From Thermoplasmata archaeon (GTDB taxonomy: Archaea; Thermoplasmatota; Thermoplasmata; Thermoplasmatales; GCA-001856825): a DNA stretch of 64,000 nucleotides. Location of the stretch: NCBI GenBank assembly GCA_021792255.1, contig JAJYUZ010000002.1, forward strand, positions 33,444 to 97,443. The letters run 5' to 3'. The position numbers and the translations under genes are program-made. Below, piece by piece: positions 36,719 to 45,584 of the stretch (its first letter is position 1; each line of letters begins with the position of its first letter). The notes below the pieces were generated by a model. It made no database searches and was not told the origin of the DNA. It saw only the letters and a list, made by a program, of their open reading frames with translations.

Positions 36719-38281
36719 ATGATATCTAATTCTGAAAACATGAAAACGGAAAGCGATGACTATCTGCGGGTCGAAGGTTTGAAAACTCAATTCTTCACAA
36801 GCAGAGGGATCGTCAAGGCACTGGACGGGATCAACTTTAACATAAAGAAGGGAGAAGTGTTTGGTTTAGTCGGCGAAAGTGGATGTGGCAAGAGCGTTAC
36901 CGCACAATCTATAATGTATCTTATTCCGGATCCACCGGGGAGAATAGTTGAGGGGAAAATATTCGTCGACAACGTAAACATGCTAAGCAGCCTAGAGAGA
37001 CTTGCGAGAATTAAAGTCAAGTCAGAAACGGACGTTAAGATCAAGAGAAACAAGAGATTGATAAAACGACACAACTACCTGCTTTCCAAGATACGTGGAA
37101 GAAAGCTTTCAATGATATTTCAGGAACCGACACTAGCGCTTAATCCCGTGCTTAGAGTAGGCGATCAGATCTCGGAAAACATCCTCCTCCATCTGAAGGT
37201 AGAAATGGCAAATGCCATCCTTAGACGAGAGATGGCAACCAGGAAAGATTACGAGTCTTTCGTCGAGAGAATAGTCCAAATCGAGAACAAAGATCAAAGG
37301 AGAAAGGAAATCAGATCGTGGTGCGAAAACTATTCGATTTCAGATGTAGAAGAGTTGGTTAGAAATGTCTTCGCCACCAATCAAGATCGAGAGACACTGA
37401 TAAAGAGCCTTGAAATCATAGTCGATGAACGAAAGAGTGGTACCGATATCCACCGATTAGCCCGGGCTAGGGAATACTATATCTATCAACAGAAAGTTTT
37501 TGAAGCGACTCTACTCGTTATGGAAGCGGAAAGTAGCAAAAATCAAGAACCGATAGATCAAGCAAGGTCCAATCTTAACAGTACAAAGAAGGAAGGTAGT
37601 TCGTTCCTTTCGTTTAGGATAATGAGTAAACTCATGCGAAAGAGAATCGAGGCTCCATTAAGGGACGCAGCCCAGAGAAGGGTTATCGAGCTGCTGACTC
37701 TGGTTAATATTTCAGAGCCTGAAAGAGCAGCGGTATCGTATCCACACGAACTGAGCGGCGGGATGCAGCAGAGAGTCATGATAGCAATGGCCCTAGCGAG
37801 CAATCCACAACTGCTAATTGCAGACGAGCCTACTACGGCACTGGATGTGACTACTCAAGCTCAGATTCTCGACCTCGTGAAGAACTTGAACAAAGAGTTT
37901 GGTTCATCCGTACTTTTCATTACGCACGATCTAGCCGTAATAGCGCAGATGTGCAACAGGGTAGGTGTGATGTACGCGGGTAATATAGTAGAAGAAGCCG
38001 ATGTCAGTACCATTTTCGATAACCCGAAACATCCTTACACGATCGGACTTCTCAAGGCCCTGCCCAGAGCCGACAGGATAGCAGGAAAGATGGTCAAGCT
38101 AGACACCATAGCAGGCACTGTACCCAATCTTATAACACCACCACCTGGATGCAGATTCCATCCCAGGTGCAAGTTCAAGATGGACATATGTGAGAAGAAG
38201 AAGCCGGAACTAGATGATCTGGGGGGAGCGCACAAGGTTGCGTGCTTCCTCTATCAAGAGCCAGGAGGTGCTGTTCAATGA
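36719..38281 (+). CDS. peptide ABC transporter ATP-binding protein (OppD/DppD-like) with large internal insertions
   Basis: ATG at 36719 lies 8 nt after a GGAGG (GTG at 36710 also possible). Motifs: Walker A GESGCGKS, Q-loop MIFQEP, signature LSGGMQQR, Walker B LLIADEPTTALD, and a C-terminal Cys motif CRFHPRCKFKMDIC...VAC. About 520 aa. Confidence 0.9.
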   Translation: MISNSENMKTESDDYLRVEGLKTQFFTSRGIVKALDGINFNIKKGEVFGLVGESGCGKSVTAQSIMYLIPDPPGRIVEGKIFVDNVNMLSSLERLARIKVKSETDVKIKRNKRLIKRHNYLLSKIRGRKLSMIFQEPTLALNPVLRVGDQISENILLHLKVEMANAILRREMATRKDYESFVERIVQIENKDQRRKEIRSWCENYSISDVEELVRNVFATNQDRETLIKSLEIIVDERKSGTDIHRLARAREYYIYQQKVFEATLLVMEAESSKNQEPIDQARSNLNSTKKEGSSFLSFRIMSKLMRKRIEAPLRDAAQRRVIELLTLVNISEPERAAVSYPHELSGGMQQRVMIAMALASNPQLLIADEPTTALDVTTQAQILDLVKNLNKEFGSSVLFITHDLAVIAQMCNRVGVMYAGNIVEEADVSTIFDNPKHPYTIGLLKALPRADRIAGKMVKLDTIAGTVPNLITPPPGCRFHPRCKFKMDICEKKKPELDDLGGAHKVACFLYQEPGGAVQ

Positions 38282-39726
38282 CTGATATAGAACAATCAAA
38301 CGGAGACGTGTTACTTTACGTTTCTCACTTAAAGAAATACTTTGATATCTCAAAATCTGGATTTAGGACCACCGGCCACGTTCGTGCAGTAGATGACGTC
38401 ACCTTTACCCTAAACAGCAACGAGACTCTCGGGGTCGTAGGTGAAACCGGTTGCGGAAAGACCACCCTCGGAAGACTTATCCTGAAACTACTTGATTCAA
38501 CGGATGGTAACGTTTATTTTAATCTTCCCAGAGGCGTCCTGGACAAAATCATGCAACTCGAGCGGGAACTCGAACTCCTAGGAGAAACGAAGAATGAAGA
38601 GAGTGAGAAGCGTACAAAATCGATAGTCAAAGAACTGGGAGAGATCAACAAGGAGTACTCACTGACCAAAATTAGATCGGGAAAAATGAAGAAGTACAGA
38701 AAGGATATGCAGCCTGTCTTCCAGGATCCTTTCAGTTCTCTCGATCCAAGACAGATCATTAGAGACGTACTGGCGGAACCAATGAAACTTCTCACAGACA
38801 TGAAGGGAGAAGAGATACTCGGTAGGAGCATGAACCTGATTGGGGAAGTTGGTCTAAGCGAAGATCATCTATACAGATTTCCCCACGAATTCAGTGGTGG
38901 CCAGAGACAGAGAATCGGTATAGCAAGGGCAATATCCATCGAGCCAAAACTGCTAGTTCTAGATGAACCGACTTCAGCTCTAGACGTTTCTGTTCAGGCA
39001 CAGATCCTCAACCTGCTGAAAGATCTCCAGGAACAGAAGAATCTCACCTTCATATTCATATCTCATCACCTCAATGTCATAAGACTGATGTCCGATAAGG
39101 TCGCAGTAATGTACCTTGGAAAGATCGTTGAGCTCGCCGATACCGAAACGCTTTTCACCAACATGCTGCACCCTTACACAGAGGCTTTGCTGTCTGCAAT
39201 ACCGCTTCCGGATCCAAAGGTAGCAAGATCCAGGATAATACTTGAAGGAGAGGTGCCGAATCCAGCAAATCCGCCAAAGGGGTGCCATTTCCACCCAAGA
39301 TGCAAATATGCAATGACAAATTGTGGGTGGTCACCAAGAGATTTTGTAATGCCACTGCAGGAAATGCTCGAGCCGCTAAGAGTGAAGGAGAGTAATATTC
39401 TCCCAGCCACAAAAGAAATTCTTACGGACGAATCTTCAAATTCGATAGAAGTGGTTTTTGAAACTGGAATAAATTCACAGCAGTTTGAAACGTTCAAGGG
39501 CATGCTAAACGAGTCTGCTTCAAAAACGAACGGTGTCAGATTTAGGGCGATCACAAGTATTTCTCTATCACAAACAGGATCCTCTATAGTCATCGCAATA
39601 AAAGAATCAGACGTCCCAAGGCTGAAAGAGATCAAACCCGGTCATTATGTTTCATGCCTCATGTACGAGAAGGGGGCAGAATCAACTGGGATCCGAGGAA
39701 GTAATGTCAATCCGGCCACGGGCTAA
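38278..39726 (+). CDS. peptide ABC transporter ATP-binding protein (OppF/DppF-like) with insertions
   Basis: The ATG overlaps the oppD stop (ATGA) and is preceded by GGAGG. Motifs: Walker A GETGCGKTT, Q-loop VFQDP, signature FSGGQRQR, Walker B LLVLDEPTSALD. The C-terminal motif CHFHPRCKYAMTNC is separated by about 100 aa from GHYVSC. Confidence 0.9.
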   Translation: MTDIEQSNGDVLLYVSHLKKYFDISKSGFRTTGHVRAVDDVTFTLNSNETLGVVGETGCGKTTLGRLILKLLDSTDGNVYFNLPRGVLDKIMQLERELELLGETKNEESEKRTKSIVKELGEINKEYSLTKIRSGKMKKYRKDMQPVFQDPFSSLDPRQIIRDVLAEPMKLLTDMKGEEILGRSMNLIGEVGLSEDHLYRFPHEFSGGQRQRIGIARAISIEPKLLVLDEPTSALDVSVQAQILNLLKDLQEQKNLTFIFISHHLNVIRLMSDKVAVMYLGKIVELADTETLFTNMLHPYTEALLSAIPLPDPKVARSRIILEGEVPNPANPPKGCHFHPRCKYAMTNCGWSPRDFVMPLQEMLEPLRVKESNILPATKEILTDESSNSIEVVFETGINSQQFETFKGMLNESASKTNGVRFRAITSISLSQTGSSIVIAIKESDVPRLKEIKPGHYVSCLMYEKGAESTGIRGSNVNPATG

Positions 39727-40072
39727 GGTCTATGAGGTCAGCGAAGAACGAAAAGAGATAACTTCGAAGGATTTGACACGAAAGCAGCTAATTCTTTACG
39801 TGCTGAATGATTTCCTGAAAGGTCTGTATGTCATAGGTTGCATGTTCCTTGACGGGCTCGTGATCCTTCAAATTTATTCCTTTGTACCCTCCTCGCTCCT
39901 TTATCAGGGCTTGCTTTCCAACGTGTACTCAAGAGACGCACTTATTGGTTCCATAACTATGGTACTGGGGGTATTCGTGATATACGTTCAGGTGAAGGCA
40001 TACAGACGAATATGGCCAAAGGGCTCACTTTTTATTGGGCACAAGATTGAAGAGGACAAAGAGGGAAAATAG
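39704..40072 (+). CDS. hypothetical small membrane protein
   Basis: 122 aa from the ATG at 39704 (23-nt overlap with oppF). A charged N-terminus is followed by 2-3 hydrophobic segments. No family recognised. Confidence 0.45.
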   Translation: MSIRPRAKVYEVSEERKEITSKDLTRKQLILYVLNDFLKGLYVIGCMFLDGLVILQIYSFVPSSLLYQGLLSNVYSRDALIGSITMVLGVFVIYVQVKAYRRIWPKGSLFIGHKIEEDKEGK

Positions 40073-40150
40073 TTTCTAGCCAGATTTCTTCCTTGCATTG
40101 GCTCCACGGAAGCACCCAGTTATCAGTTATCATGTTCTCACATTAGAGTC

Positions 40151-40696
40151 TCAGTGCTTTTCCTTTTTGAATGTAGAATAAAATGTCAGGAATACGGCCA
40201 GAGCTATTATAGAGCCGATTAGAATAATTAATCCGGGATAAAGCAAATAAGGATTTGCTGGCGCCCTATTCGGGATGAATATGGTATAAGAGACGTTTAC
40301 TAGAAACGAGTTTCCGTCAGCAGAGGTGATATTTATCGCATAGTTCTGTACAGAAAATCCATTGGCATTGCTTTCGTTGAATTCAAAACTATGGTTTTGG
40401 GACCCCGAACTGATGGGGTAATACAGCAGGTGTTCCATATTGTTCCTAACGTAGGATGCATTGTACATAATGTAGTATTTCACCTCATTCTGAGATGGAA
40501 ACGTCACATCGACAAGGGTCTTGTAATTATCTTCTGTGCTGAAAGGGAAGGATCGATTTGCTTTTTCATTGACGTAACTCAAAGTATACGAGCTGAAGTT
40601 CGTGTAGACTGTCGGATGATATTCCTGACTTCCTAAAAATAGACCTAGTCCGATTATCATCACTACGGCTATCGTTGCAAGTCGCCTATCCCTCAA
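40151..40696 (-). CDS. hypothetical extracellular protein anchored at both termini
   Basis: 181 aa with an N-terminal TM (LATIAVVMIIGLGLFLG), a beta-rich middle with several N-x-S/T sequons, and a C-terminal PGL + hydrophobic segment + basic tail (KKEKH). Confidence 0.55.
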   Translation of the reverse strand: MRDRRLATIAVVMIIGLGLFLGSQEYHPTVYTNFSSYTLSYVNEKANRSFPFSTEDNYKTLVDVTFPSQNEVKYYIMYNASYVRNNMEHLLYYPISSGSQNHSFEFNESNANGFSVQNYAINITSADGNSFLVNVSYTIFIPNRAPANPYLLYPGLIILIGSIIALAVFLTFYSTFKKEKH

Positions 40697-40844
40697 GACA
40701 TTTAGGAGGATCTCCAGGTGGGAGTTTTTCTTTACTTCAGTTATCTTTATTCCTGCCGTATCTACCGAATCAAAGTATGCACTAATAATTTATCATTTGA
40801 GATTGGGTAATACCGGATCAGAGGATTGTTCAAGAATAATGGAA

Positions 40845-40873
40845 ATTAAAAATAAAATAAAAAAAAGAAAAAA
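40845..40873 (-). terminator. oligo-T terminator after the solute-binding protein gene
   Basis: The plus-strand A-run ATTAAAAATAAAATAAAAAAAAGAAAAAA lies immediately 3' of the minus-strand stop at 40874-40876. It gives long T-runs on the transcript strand. Confidence 0.55.
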
Positions 40874-43711
40874 TTAAGTTAGGGTTAAGTAGTTGTACAT
40901 CAGGTCGCCGCCACCGCCCATCATCACATTCTCTTGGTAGTTTGTGATGGTGGATCCAGTTATGTGCGAGTTGATTACCCAGAATCCTCCCTCTTGGAAG
41001 AGGTAGACGTAGAACGTCATGTTGACGAGCATTTCATTCATCGCGTGGAAGTTCTGTAGTGCAACGGTTGGATTTCCTGTCAGACTGCCATTCAGATATT
41101 CGTCTTGCATAGCCGTCAGGTTACTAACCTGTGCTGCCATTCCAGGTACTCCGCTCACGGGATTTGATGCGCTGCTGAACCATTCAGGGTAGAATCCATT
41201 TGATCCAGGATAGAAGCTGTTGCTCGACGGGTAGGCCATTGGTCCCATGTAGTCCGTTGGATACGGATAATCTGGTGCCCATCCAAGCTCGTATATTGGA
41301 GCTGGATTCTGACCCGCAACTTGCCAGGATAGCAGTGTTGGGAATGATGTGGGTACTGGAGTGATTACTATACCTGGAATTACCTGTGCCAAATTCTGTC
41401 CCCAGGTGGTAGCTCCCTCAACATCGACTGGATCAGCGCTAAATACGAAGACAGGTATGTTCAGTACCGCTCCATTGTATAGCACGTTTCCAGAAGATCC
41501 AGTAGTAAGACCATCGGCCGCGAAGTAAGCAGAGTTCACAAACGCCGTCCAGTTCTGTTTAGCATATGCCAGGTTGTATTGCGGTAGGGATACTCCAGCG
41601 GATTGCAAAGTCGCATTGCTCTGGTAACCAAACATTCCGTTAGGTAGCATTCCTGTATAGCCGTAGCCGAAAGATTCGTTGTAGATTGCATTTCCAACTT
41701 GCTGAGCTAGATAATAGGCATAGTCGTAGGAATCAGCAAACGCCCGTCTCACTTGTACGCTGTCGAAGAATGACTGCGGAACGTTGGCTTGCGGATATAC
41801 GCTTGAGAGCATGGTCTCGTTTATGTTGGTGTTTATGTTGTACCAGAACAGCGAGATAGTTGCGAATGAATACACATTCACAGTTCCAGATTTCTGAAGA
41901 CCTTGCACGAGATACCAGTCACTTGTAGGTATTCCTGCCGCAAATGCATATCCAGATTTGAGCTGCAGATATCTGGTTGATTCCTGACCTATGTATTCGA
42001 TGATTATCATGTTTATGGTTGGTTTAGGCTCGTTTCCGCCCGCAGGTGGGTTGTAAGCAGGATTTGCAATCAGAACTGTTTCAGATGCAGGGACCGTATA
42101 GTCTATCATATAAGGCCCACTTGCCATTATGTTGTTCACCAAGTAGCTCACATAGTCTCCAGCGTTTCCGTGTGCCGTGTAGTTTGCGAAGCCAGCAGCA
42201 TTCCATCCTATTCCTCCGCCATGAGCCTGAACCCATGCCGCATCAAGGATCTGTACTCCGCTCGTGAATCCAAGCGTTTCGAATACGAGTGATGGGGCCA
42301 TTGGTAGCTGATAGTGGATTGTGATGTTGTTCGTAGCGTTACTCCACGTAATGTTCTGTGTTATGTTATAGAATGTGTTGGAAGCGAAGTAATCTCCGGG
42401 TAGCAGATACTGCGCATTGATCCATCCGCCCGTACCAGGAGATCCTGCATCTAGCAAGAGAAGTCTGGTGAGCGAGAATGCAACATCCCATGCAGTAATA
42501 GAACTGCCATCAGCGAATGTAGCATTTGACCTTAGATGGATTGTATAATTCTCATAAGGCTGTATGGTTACATTGTAGGGACCATTTGGCCCGTTTACCG
42601 TGTAGTTAGCCCAGTTCGTGTTAATTCCTCCGTTGGTGGTGGTTGGAAGATATGCAGCTAAGTATGGGAAGAAGTTAGAAGAACTGCTTCCATTGTAGCC
42701 GAATAGTGTTATTTCGGTGTTAAGTGCAATTTCGTAACTTACCGTATCGTATTCTATTGCTGGATCCAAGGTCTTGTATCCTCCGGTTTCAGCCTCTGCG
42801 TTGACAAAGGTCGTAGAACCTGCTGCCGTAGTAGAGTACAGGGTTGCTGTTGCGAACACTGGTATGTCGGTATAATATGGGGTACTAACAACGGTAGAAC
42901 TATTTACCGCACCCGAAGTTGCGTTGACGACTGCGGTATAGGTAATCAGCTCGAGCTGGTAATATCCAGCAGAGAGTGATAGATTGTAGATTGCACTGCT
43001 CAGCGGTAGCTCAAACATTCCCGAAGAGTTGTTGAAGTAATAAGGTAGCGCTGCAACACTCACTAAAGATCCATTGTGTATGACCTCTAGGATTTGGTTT
43101 ACTACTTGATAGTTCGAATTGGCTGGTGGAGTGAAGTAACCGAGAAGCAGTGATAAGCTAGTTCCCGGAGCGTATATCCACGTGTTAGAGACGACTGGGG
43201 CTGCTGACGAGGATTGCAGAGCGATGTCTCCATAGGAACTGGTGTCGGGGAGACTAGATGCTGCTGCGCTCATACCTATCGGTAGTAATTCTTTGTTGCT
43301 GGTAAAGGTCCCGTTTGCGAAGTTAACTACGAAGTACACATAGTAGTTTCCAGGCGATGTGTACGTGTGAGACAGTGTTACCGTATTAGAACCATTATAC
43401 GATGCAACCTGAGGAGAGCCATCTCCCCAGTAAAAGTCTATGCTGTTGAACTTGCCGTTTGTTGTGACATTTACATTGTAGGGCGTGTTGTACTGTGCGA
43501 CTGCTGTTTGGGATGTTATACTGGCGGTTGTTCCGTTCGATGTCGAGGTAGTCGTCGGGTGGTAGAATGCAATGACTCCTAAAGCAGCAATAATCACAAC
43601 CAAAACTATGATTATCGCGAGCCATTTCGTGTTGGAAGCACCTTGCTTTTTGGGAGGCACTGGTGCTGTACCAGACATCGATGGTTGGTTGTCCTTTTGA
43701 TCACTTGTCAT
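40874..43711 (-). CDS. large ABC transporter substrate-binding protein (family 5, peptide/nickel type) with N-terminal TM anchor and PKD-like domain
   Basis: The ATG at 43711 lies 8 nt after a GGAGG (the track ORF starts at TTG 43747). Features in order:
- TM anchor WLAIIIVLVVIIAALGVIAF
- Thr/Ser linker
- PKD-like segment (DFYWGDGS...LSHTYTSPGNYYVYFVV)
- long family-5 SBP-like region

I count about 27 N-x-S/T sequons by eye. Confidence 0.8.
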   Translation of the reverse strand: MTSDQKDNQPSMSGTAPVPPKKQGASNTKWLAIIIVLVVIIAALGVIAFYHPTTTSTSNGTTASITSQTAVAQYNTPYNVNVTTNGKFNSIDFYWGDGSPQVASYNGSNTVTLSHTYTSPGNYYVYFVVNFANGTFTSNKELLPIGMSAAASSLPDTSSYGDIALQSSSAAPVVSNTWIYAPGTSLSLLLGYFTPPANSNYQVVNQILEVIHNGSLVSVAALPYYFNNSSGMFELPLSSAIYNLSLSAGYYQLELITYTAVVNATSGAVNSSTVVSTPYYTDIPVFATATLYSTTAAGSTTFVNAEAETGGYKTLDPAIEYDTVSYEIALNTEITLFGYNGSSSSNFFPYLAAYLPTTTNGGINTNWANYTVNGPNGPYNVTIQPYENYTIHLRSNATFADGSSITAWDVAFSLTRLLLLDAGSPGTGGWINAQYLLPGDYFASNTFYNITQNITWSNATNNITIHYQLPMAPSLVFETLGFTSGVQILDAAWVQAHGGGIGWNAAGFANYTAHGNAGDYVSYLVNNIMASGPYMIDYTVPASETVLIANPAYNPPAGGNEPKPTINMIIIEYIGQESTRYLQLKSGYAFAAGIPTSDWYLVQGLQKSGTVNVYSFATISLFWYNINTNINETMLSSVYPQANVPQSFFDSVQVRRAFADSYDYAYYLAQQVGNAIYNESFGYGYTGMLPNGMFGYQSNATLQSAGVSLPQYNLAYAKQNWTAFVNSAYFAADGLTTGSSGNVLYNGAVLNIPVFVFSADPVDVEGATTWGQNLAQVIPGIVITPVPTSFPTLLSWQVAGQNPAPIYELGWAPDYPYPTDYMGPMAYPSSNSFYPGSNGFYPEWFSSASNPVSGVPGMAAQVSNLTAMQDEYLNGSLTGNPTVALQNFHAMNEMLVNMTFYVYLFQEGGFWVINSHITGSTITNYQENVMMGGGGDLMYNYLTLT

Positions 43712-44076
43712 TGACAATTTCCTCCAAAATCTCAGGCTCCTATCCAAAAACCTTTATTAAATCTTTTCCTTCGAATTTATTGGACAGAATTGTTTACGAA
43801 CGAGATATATGTAGTAGTTTCAAGGCATCTAAAATTTTTTTAAGTGACATAAAATTCCCGAATCGTCAATCGAACAAAGGCATAGCTAGTACTGGGATTT
43901 CGGTCTCTCTTTTCGATAACTGTCATTCCAGTTACTAGCGGAGCAACACCAGAAAATAATGGATAGAACAAGATGGTGAATCTGGAAAGCTTAAGGTTAC
44001 CATGAATGTTCGGTTAAAAAAAATTGAGGGAGAATAATGAAAGATGAAAACTCAATCAATAGAGGTAGTTCAGCTT

Positions 44077-45003
44077 TCACAGGACATATTTGCCAATTTC
44101 CTTTGGAAATAGCACGACTTCAGAGATATTTTTGGAACCCGTCAGGAACCTCACAAATCTCTCAATACCTATTCCAAACCCTGCGGAAGGAGAGATGCCC
44201 TTCCTAGAGGCCTCGAGAAGTAAAGCATAGTCTTCCTGTCTCTGCCCCTTCTTGATTATTCGTGAAAGGATCCTCTCAAACTCAAACTCCCTTTCTCCTC
44301 CACTGATCGCTTCGCCATACCCGTGAGGATATATCAGGTCCATATCCATTAGTATGCCCGTCTCATCGTCCTTCTCCCTATCATAGAACTCTCTCTGTTG
44401 CAACGGAATGTCTATTATCCAGAAGGGATCTCTTGCCTCGGCACTCATTTTCGCTTCGAAATCCTCACCATATTCTTCTAGAGCCTCAAGGTACTTGACG
44501 CTCCTGAATGGTCTTGGGTATTTTCTGAGGTCGGGGTTCAGTTTATCCCCGTCAATATATCGCATCACCCTTGCAATTGAATCGTTGATCATGCCTTCTG
44601 CCAGAGCCATTACGGCTCTTCTATCCGCACCCTTGACTTCCAGATCCAGCTGGGTAAACTCTGCAAGATGCCTCCCCGTGCTCTTCCTATCCAGAGGTTC
44701 GATCCTTATGTTGGGTGAAAAGGAATAGATTTTGTCAAAGTGAACCAATGCGAGCTGCTTGTGGAAGATCATCGACTTTGTCAGTCTGTATCTGTGACCG
44801 TAATAGTCAATCGTAGGATCGTCGACTGGGTGGTTGAGGGGATCTGAGATCGGGGAAATCACCACTGGATTGATTTCCAGAAATCCTCTCCTATCCAGGT
44901 ACCTCTTCATGCTTCCTCTAATTATTGTGTTCACTCTGGTACCGGTGACAATCTTCTCTTTGTCCTTGAAGAAGAAATTTTCAATTGGATTAGCTTCACT
45001 CAT
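44077..45003 (-). CDS. archaeal asparagine synthetase A-like protein (class II AspRS/AsnRS catalytic core without anticodon-binding domain)
   Basis: 308 aa with class II aaRS motif 2 (GRHLAEFTQLDLE) and motif 3 (GFGIGIERFVRFL). No N-terminal OB-fold domain. Confidence 0.8.
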   Translation of the reverse strand: MSEANPIENFFFKDKEKIVTGTRVNTIIRGSMKRYLDRRGFLEINPVVISPISDPLNHPVDDPTIDYYGHRYRLTKSMIFHKQLALVHFDKIYSFSPNIRIEPLDRKSTGRHLAEFTQLDLEVKGADRRAVMALAEGMINDSIARVMRYIDGDKLNPDLRKYPRPFRSVKYLEALEEYGEDFEAKMSAEARDPFWIIDIPLQQREFYDREKDDETGILMDMDLIYPHGYGEAISGGEREFEFERILSRIIKKGQRQEDYALLLEASRKGISPSAGFGIGIERFVRFLTGSKNISEVVLFPKEIGKYVL

Positions 45004-45098
45004 AGCATCTTCAGTCTTTCATCTCGTATTACCTTTAGTTCAATAAAGACGGACAAAAAGGCTAGAAAAGGTTAAATTTTTGACTTTACTTTTACATT

Positions 45099-45542
45099 AT
45101 GAAAGATTTAGACGAAATAGATGAACAAATTGTCCATTATCTGACCGATAATGGAAGAGACAGAGTAACGGACATTGCGGATGAGTTGAAACTAAACAGG
45201 GTAACGGTCGCTCAGAGGTTGGAAAGATTGGTAAAGAGCGGGGTAATCAGAAAATTTACAGTTGAACTCAATTTTGAATCCCTCGGTCTTGATGTTCTAG
45301 CTTTCGTATTCATATCCTTCAAGAGAACCGACAGCACAACTCAGGAAGAATTGGCCCAAATAATTTCTAAACTGGATGGCGTAGAGGAAGTCCATATCAT
45401 AGCTGGAGAATTTGATATAATGGCGAAAGTGAGAGCGAAAAATTTGAGAGAACTGGGGGAGAAAGTCGTAAACAAGATCAGGGGGTATTCCGGTGTTGAA
45501 AATACATTCTCACACCTCGTTTTCAAAACGGTCAAAGAATGA
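45099..45542 (+). CDS. Lrp/AsnC family transcriptional regulator
   Basis: 147 aa with an AsnC-type HTH (LDEIDEQIVHYLTDNGRDRVTDIADELKLNRVTVAQRLERLVKSGVI) followed by a RAM/ACT-like domain. Confidence 0.9.
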   Translation: MKDLDEIDEQIVHYLTDNGRDRVTDIADELKLNRVTVAQRLERLVKSGVIRKFTVELNFESLGLDVLAFVFISFKRTDSTTQEELAQIISKLDGVEEVHIIAGEFDIMAKVRAKNLRELGEKVVNKIRGYSGVENTFSHLVFKTVKE

Positions 45543-45584
45543 TCGAAATGTCCACGGCTATGTAGGAGTCCGACCGTTTTGCGG

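Noticed and set aside
39174-39635. 153-aa minus-strand ORF inside the OppF C-terminal insertion
   Set aside because: I checked it because the OppF insertion is unusual and could have been a mis-joined gene. However, the plus-strand frame runs uninterrupted from CHFHPRC to GHYVSC, which completes the family motif. The antisense ORF has no features.
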